A stretch of 28,907 nucleotides of DNA. Origin: a virus (lineage: Duplodnaviria > Caudoviricetes). The position numbers and the translations under genes are program-made. Positions 24,483 through 28,907 of this stretch are shown in pieces (positions within the stretch are counted from its first letter, which is position 1; every line of letters begins with the position of its first letter). The notes under the pieces are model-generated. The model saw only the letters and a list, made by a program, of their open reading frames with translations, did not search any database and was not told the DNA's origin. The DNA is taken from IMG/VR virus record IMGVR_UViG_3300037524_000601, positions 1 to 28,907 of that record; one strand, 5' to 3'.

Positions 24483-27427
24483 CCGCGCGCCAGTGGGTGT
24501 TCTACCTGGAGTCGGTCCCGTTCACCAAGGACGTGATCGAGGGGCGAGGCTCGCTCGGTGGCAGCGAGTCGGCCGCCATCGGCATGATGCAGGCGCTCGC
24601 CCGCCGCGGCCATGACGTCCAGTGCTTCGCCACGAAACTGGAGCAGCCCGGTGAGTATGCCGGGGTGACCTGGCATCGCGCCGAGTCGGACCTCGGGTCG
24701 GCGCTGTCGTTCCTGACGCCAGATTGCTTCGTGTCGCTGCGCATGGTGACGCCGTTCGTGCAGGCCCGCATCCCGGCGAGTTGGCACGTCCTCTGGTGCG
24801 AGGACTTACTGATCGATCTCAGCCTGACGGGCACGCTCTCGCAGGTCGATGAGCTCTGGTACGTGAGCGCGTATCACCGCCAGCAATGGGAGGGCCGCGA
24901 GAAGTTCCTGCAGCCGCTCGGGTGGGTGACGCAGAACGGGATCGACCCCGCCCACTATCCGACGCAGGTCTGGCCAAGTGGCGCGTCCTGGGACGATGGC
25001 GTGCGGGTTACGCGCGATCCGCACCGCTACATCTACATCAGCCGGCCCGAACGGGCGCTCAAACCGCTGCTCGAGATGTGGCCGGCGATCCGCGCCGCGG
25101 ACCCGATGGCGACCCTGGGCATCTGCCGGTACAAGTCCATGTACGACGGCGAGGGGTCGAACGTCCAGCAGATGGTGGACACGTTCGACCAGATGACCCA
25201 GATCGTCGCGGAGCAGACGGGCGGGATCGAGTATCTGGGCCAACTCGGCAAGCGACGGCTCGCCGAAGCCATCGCGCGCAGCCGGGCGATGCTCTACCCG
25301 GGCGTGGCGAGCTTCGCCGAGACGGGGTGCATCGCCGCCACCGAGGCGCAGATGTGCGGCACGCCCCTGCTGGCCTCCTGGCGGGGGGCTCTGCCCGAGA
25401 CGCTGCATCCCGACGCGGGCGTGCTGCTGGCCGGCGACAGCGAGACACCCACCTACCAGGCCGCCTTCGTGGAGGCCGTGGCGCGCCTCCAGGCGCTGCC
25501 CGATCCCGCCTATCAGGCGATGCAGGAGGCCGGACGGCACCACGCGCAGGGCTACAGTTTCGACCGGCTGGCCGAGCAGTGGGAGCAGCACCTGGAGGCC
25601 AAGTTCGCCGAACGGTACGCGGCGCACGGCCCGGCGATTCTCCGCACGCTGCTGCACTACGACCAGCATGTGATGGCGCGGGACGTGGCGGCCGAGCTTG
25701 GAGACGATGGGGCCCTCAAACTCTGCGAGACGGTCATCGCCGGGCAGCATCAGACCGCCGAGGACTACGCCGAACACGCCATCAGCGATCCGGTGGCCGA
25801 GTCCCAGACGAATGAGCGGTTCCGCGAGGTGGTGTCGCTGGTCCAGACGCAGGGGCGCACCCCCCGGACGATCCTGGACGTGGCGTGCGGGAATGGCGCC
25901 TTGGCCCTCGCGCTGGCGCAGGCCTTCCCCGAGGCGCAGGTGATCGGCGTGGACTACTCCCCTGGGGTGTTGGCGATCGCGCGGGCGGGCGCGGAGGCGG
26001 CCGGGGTGGCGAATCGGGTTACGTTCAGCCAGGTGGACGCCACCACGGGCGCCTACCCGGCGGGGCCGTTTGACGTGGTGACCTGCTGCGAGTTCATCGA
26101 GCACGTCGAACACCCGCACGCGCTGATCAACCGGCTGGAAGCCGTGACCGCGGCGGACGGCCTGTGCGTGCTCACCTGTCCGGCGGGGCCGTTCGCGGAA
26201 CTCATGGCCAACCCTGAGACGCGCAAGCGCGGGCACCTGCACACCTACACGCATCAGCAGTTGTCGCGGTTGTTCCTGGGCCGGTCCTGGCACCTGCGGC
26301 ACCTGGGGATTGGCGCCACGCAGCGCGGCACGCCCGTGGGGTACTGGATCGTGTCGTGGCAGCCGGCGCCGGCGCAGCCCGCGCAGCCCGTAGACTGGCG
26401 CGCGGATGTGGTCGCCACGCGCCCGTACCAGCACCTGACCGCCATCATGATCATGAAGGATGGCGAGGACTGGCTGCGGAAGTGTCTCAAGGGACTGGCG
26501 TGCGTGGATGACGTGCTGATCCATGACACCGGCTCGACGGACGAGTCGGTGGCGATCGCGGAGAAGTGGGGGGCGACCGTCGTTCGCACCGACTGGCCGG
26601 ATTCGTTCGCCGTGGCCCGCAATCGGGTGCTTGCGGATGCGGAGGCGCGCGGGGCGGATTGGGTGCTCTGGATCGACTGCGACGAACAACTGGAGCACGG
26701 CGAGCGGTTGCGGCGGTATACCACCGGGGCGGGGCCGTTCATGGGCTACGTGCTCCGGCAGCAGCATTTGATGCTCGATGCGGCCTCGTTCCACGACAAG
26801 CCTGTCCGGCTGTTCAGGACCGGGCGTGGCATCAGGTTCTATGGGGCCATCCACGAACAGCCGGAAACGGCGCCGGACGCCGGGATCTGGCCGTCGCTCG
26901 AACTGCCCGACCTGGACATCCTGCACCTCGGGTATCACCGGGACGGGATGCGGCGGCACAAACTGCTGACCCGGAACCTGCCGCTGCTGCAGAAGCAGTT
27001 GATGGCCCCGGACGGGGAGCGGCGCCGGCTCGATACGGTGCTGTTCATTCGGGACTGCGCCAACATCGCGCAGTTCGAGATCGAGACGCACCGGGGCCAG
27101 GTGAGCCCGAAGGCGGGGCGGCACGCGCAGGGTGGGGTGCTGGCCTACCGTAAACACTTCAGCGACCCCGGCGACAAGTACCATGCGCTGGCGCGGCCGT
27201 TCTACGAAACCTGCCTACGGATTGCCGGGCAGGGGCTGGAGATTGGCTGGGCGCTCGGCGCGGGCGTGCCGAAGCTGGCCAGCAAGCTGGCCCCGGAAAC
27301 GTTCCACGCCTTTGACGTGGACGAGGCGCGGGCCGAGATCCACGCGCGCACGAACAGCATCCTAGCGCAACTGGTGACGCCGAGCGTGGACACGGAGCCG
27401 GTGATGACGAGAAGGGGGCACGCATGA
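24479..27427 (+). CDS. GT4 glycosyltransferase / class I SAM methyltransferase / GT2 glycosyltransferase fusion (about 982 aa)
   Basis: GTG at 24479 with SD GGAGG. GT-B: LGGSE..L..RGH.V, NGID, ETGCIAATEAQMCGTP. MTase: ILDVACGNG, GVDYS, FDVV...EFIEHV. GT-A: DTGSTD, F..ARN, WIDCDE, F.G.IHE. Confidence 0.92.
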   Translation: MTARQWVFYLESVPFTKDVIEGRGSLGGSESAAIGMMQALARRGHDVQCFATKLEQPGEYAGVTWHRAESDLGSALSFLTPDCFVSLRMVTPFVQARIPASWHVLWCEDLLIDLSLTGTLSQVDELWYVSAYHRQQWEGREKFLQPLGWVTQNGIDPAHYPTQVWPSGASWDDGVRVTRDPHRYIYISRPERALKPLLEMWPAIRAADPMATLGICRYKSMYDGEGSNVQQMVDTFDQMTQIVAEQTGGIEYLGQLGKRRLAEAIARSRAMLYPGVASFAETGCIAATEAQMCGTPLLASWRGALPETLHPDAGVLLAGDSETPTYQAAFVEAVARLQALPDPAYQAMQEAGRHHAQGYSFDRLAEQWEQHLEAKFAERYAAHGPAILRTLLHYDQHVMARDVAAELGDDGALKLCETVIAGQHQTAEDYAEHAISDPVAESQTNERFREVVSLVQTQGRTPRTILDVACGNGALALALAQAFPEAQVIGVDYSPGVLAIARAGAEAAGVANRVTFSQVDATTGAYPAGPFDVVTCCEFIEHVEHPHALINRLEAVTAADGLCVLTCPAGPFAELMANPETRKRGHLHTYTHQQLSRLFLGRSWHLRHLGIGATQRGTPVGYWIVSWQPAPAQPAQPVDWRADVVATRPYQHLTAIMIMKDGEDWLRKCLKGLACVDDVLIHDTGSTDESVAIAEKWGATVVRTDWPDSFAVARNRVLADAEARGADWVLWIDCDEQLEHGERLRRYTTGAGPFMGYVLRQQHLMLDAASFHDKPVRLFRTGRGIRFYGAIHEQPETAPDAGIWPSLELPDLDILHLGYHRDGMRRHKLLTRNLPLLQKQLMAPDGERRRLDTVLFIRDCANIAQFEIETHRGQVSPKAGRHAQGGVLAYRKHFSDPGDKYHALARPFYETCLRIAGQGLEIGWALGAGVPKLASKLAPETFHAFDVDEARAEIHARTNSILAQLVTPSVDTEPVMTRRGHA

Positions 27428-27699
27428 TTCCGGTGCTCTTTCGGGCGTCTGTCCAAGACGTCCACCGACAGGAGTTAGGCAACGGCATCATCGACGCCGA
27501 GTTACGGGGCGGAAAGTTCTGGGCGGTCCATGCTGACAACCCGATTGTGGTGGACGCCGCTGGATACCCCTACTGCGTGGAATTGTATTGGATCGACGCC
27601 GGGATCACGATTGTCTGCGCGTTACCGCCCGGCGCCGTGGTGGAAGATGACGTGATGCACCTGGATTGGAAGCACGACCCGATGGCCACGGTGAGCTAG
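27424..27699 (+). CDS. Hypothetical protein (91 aa)
   Basis: ATGA-coupled to the glycosyltransferase gene. Confidence 0.6.
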   Translation: MIPVLFRASVQDVHRQELGNGIIDAELRGGKFWAVHADNPIVVDAAGYPYCVELYWIDAGITIVCALPPGAVVEDDVMHLDWKHDPMATVS

Positions 27700-27705
27700 G
27701 CGGGC

Positions 27706-27741
27706 CGTGTGTACGACGCACCGGACACGGGGTTCTAGACT
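27706..27741 (+). promoter_or_regulatory. Putative late promoter 3
   Basis: CGTGTGTACGACGCAC (27706-27721), 14 nt, TAGACT (27736-27741); intergenic, upstream of SD GAGG and ATG 27760. Confidence 0.7.
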
Positions 27742-27759
27742 GAGCCTGAGGCTGCCCGC

Positions 27760-28614
27760 ATGTGGACACCCGCTGATCTCCTGACCGACCTGGACCTGCT
27801 GGCGATTGACCGGCTGTGCCTGTCCGATTTCAACGTCACGAGCTTGGCCGACAAGCGGCGGGCGGCGATGGACTGGCTCGCCCCGCGCGTCGAGCAGGCC
27901 GGGTACAAGCTCTGGCAGCACGCCGTCCGCAAGGCGCCAGATGCCGTGTTCGGCTATACCGGGTATGCCTACACCGACTTCACCAGCGCGGCGCTCGACA
28001 CGACCGACGCGGATCTGGCCCTCTCGTCCGTGGTCCTGGCGCCCGCCACCGACGCCCTGTACGTGGGCAGCCGTGACCCCTTCAAGGGGCTCTACGTTGG
28101 CATTGCCGACCGGGTGAACACCAACAGCACCTTGCTCGATGTCTCGGTCTGGACGGGGAAGTGGACGACGGTGACCAGTCTCATTGATGGCACGCAGGCC
28201 ACCGCGCGCAAGTCGTGCTCCGGGGGCGGGATGGTGACCTGGCAGCCGCCCGATACCTGGACGAAGCGCAGCGTCAACAATTCGCTCCTCTACTGGGGCA
28301 AGGTCACGTTTTCCTCGAGCCTCTCGCCGGCCGCCGCCGCCGGGCAACTCACGCCCATCGCGGCCTCTCGCCTGACCTTCCCGGCGGCGCACTACGCCCT
28401 CGGGTTGCTCTACCAGGAAAGCTACGGCAGCCAGCGCGGGCAGTGGCTGGAAAAGGCCGACAAGATGTTCGCGGCAGCGGAAGGCGGCCTGGCCGTCGCC
28501 CTGCCGCTGATTGCGGACGAGTTCGACGTGACGGCGGATGGCGTCGTCTCGCGCGAGGAAGTCAGCAGCGTCACGCCGAACACGGCCTACCTCACGACCT
28601 GGGAGCGGGGCTGA
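27760..28614 (+). CDS. Putative head-tail adaptor with an inserted beta domain
   Basis: Helical N-part (TD.DL) and C-part (L...A.HYAL.L.Y...W..K....F...D.TADG.V...E) flank a beta-rich insert (D.LYVG...F.G). Call based on pattern and position. Confidence 0.55.
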   Translation: MWTPADLLTDLDLLAIDRLCLSDFNVTSLADKRRAAMDWLAPRVEQAGYKLWQHAVRKAPDAVFGYTGYAYTDFTSAALDTTDADLALSSVVLAPATDALYVGSRDPFKGLYVGIADRVNTNSTLLDVSVWTGKWTTVTSLIDGTQATARKSCSGGGMVTWQPPDTWTKRSVNNSLLYWGKVTFSSSLSPAAAAGQLTPIAASRLTFPAAHYALGLLYQESYGSQRGQWLEKADKMFAAAEGGLAVALPLIADEFDVTADGVVSREEVSSVTPNTAYLTTWERG

Positions 28615-28808
28615 TGATCCCGGTCTATGTGCTGATCGCCGTGCTGGTCAACCACGTGATTGGGGCTGCCGTTTGGGTATGGTGCGATGAGGAACTGCAC
28701 GGCCAGTTGCTGCGATGGATGCATGAGTGCCCATCACAGATTTTAAAGTTCGTGGCCATTTCGGCGTGGCCAGTGTTGCTGATTGTGCGCTACCGGGAGA
28801 AGTATTGA
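28614..28808 (+). CDS. Small membrane protein (64 aa, lower GC)
   Basis: ATG at 28614; TGATG overlaps at both ends; two hydrophobic segments. Confidence 0.65.
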   Translation: MIPVYVLIAVLVNHVIGAAVWVWCDEELHGQLLRWMHECPSQILKFVAISAWPVLLIVRYREKY

Positions 28809-28907
28809 TGGCCACGACCTGGCCGGTGATCTCCGCGCGCCTGACCAGCCTGACCGTCAGCCAGGGCTATGGGCTCGCGCGTGACCCGTTCTCGTTCGAG
28901 CTGCAAC
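28808..28907 (+). CDS. Start of a probable structural gene, truncated by the window edge
   Basis: TGATG coupling; MATTWPVISARLTSLTVSQGYGLARDPFSFELQ is open to the end. Confidence 0.55.
   Translation, partial: MATTWPVISARLTSLTVSQGYGLARDPFSFELQ

Larger units (their letters stand above)
1..28907 (+). mobile_element. Tailed dsDNA phage or prophage segment (early, replication, head and accessory structural modules)
   Basis: Co-oriented, coupled genes including ERF, replication initiator, TerS/TerL, portal, scaffold and major capsid protein. No host housekeeping genes or att/integrase in the window, so free phage and prophage cannot be distinguished. Confidence 0.97.

Noticed and set aside
24806-27184. 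792-aa minus-strand ORF and other long minus-strand ORFs
   Set aside because: They overlap clearly identified plus-strand genes and show no independent coding signal.
27681-28816. GATGGCCACG at 27681-27690 and 28807-28816 as a target-site duplication
   Set aside because: Only 10 bp in GC-rich DNA, and the enclosed gene looks like a core structural gene; chance is sufficient.

Overview
A GC-rich tailed-phage or prophage segment. All credible genes are on the + strand and most are translationally coupled. (1) 1-8050, early/middle region: a sigma70-type promoter, an ERF single-strand annealing protein, a mosaic array of small genes sharing short sequence blocks, a replication initiator with internal repeats, a helicase-loader-like gene, a VRR-NUC nuclease and an RHH-like regulator. 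(2) 8100-14830, head module: terminase small and large subunits, portal, MuF/gp7-like protein, virion morphogenesis protein, scaffold and DUF5309/SU10-type major capsid protein. (3) 14900-24010, an unusual accessory structural cluster. (4) A GT4-methyltransferase-GT2 triple fusion, then probable head-tail connector genes running off the edge. The main observation is in cluster (3): one domain that is nearly complete in gp16426 is split among neighbouring intact genes. N-halves sit at the C-termini of gp18812 and gp19702, three C-halves sit inside a repeat-stalk protein (gp21057), and an orphan last strand lies in gp19702. A signal-peptide protein also ends in an FN3-type first strand that two neighbours lack. 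This suggests plug-and-socket assembly of swappable cargo domains by domain/strand complementation. A second strong signal is a 16-19 bp box repeated three times at near-fixed distance from -10-like hexamers (probable late promoters). No integrase, lysis, tail tube/tape measure, tRNA, CRISPR array or reverse transcriptase was seen. All family calls come from motif recognition by eye, not from database searches.
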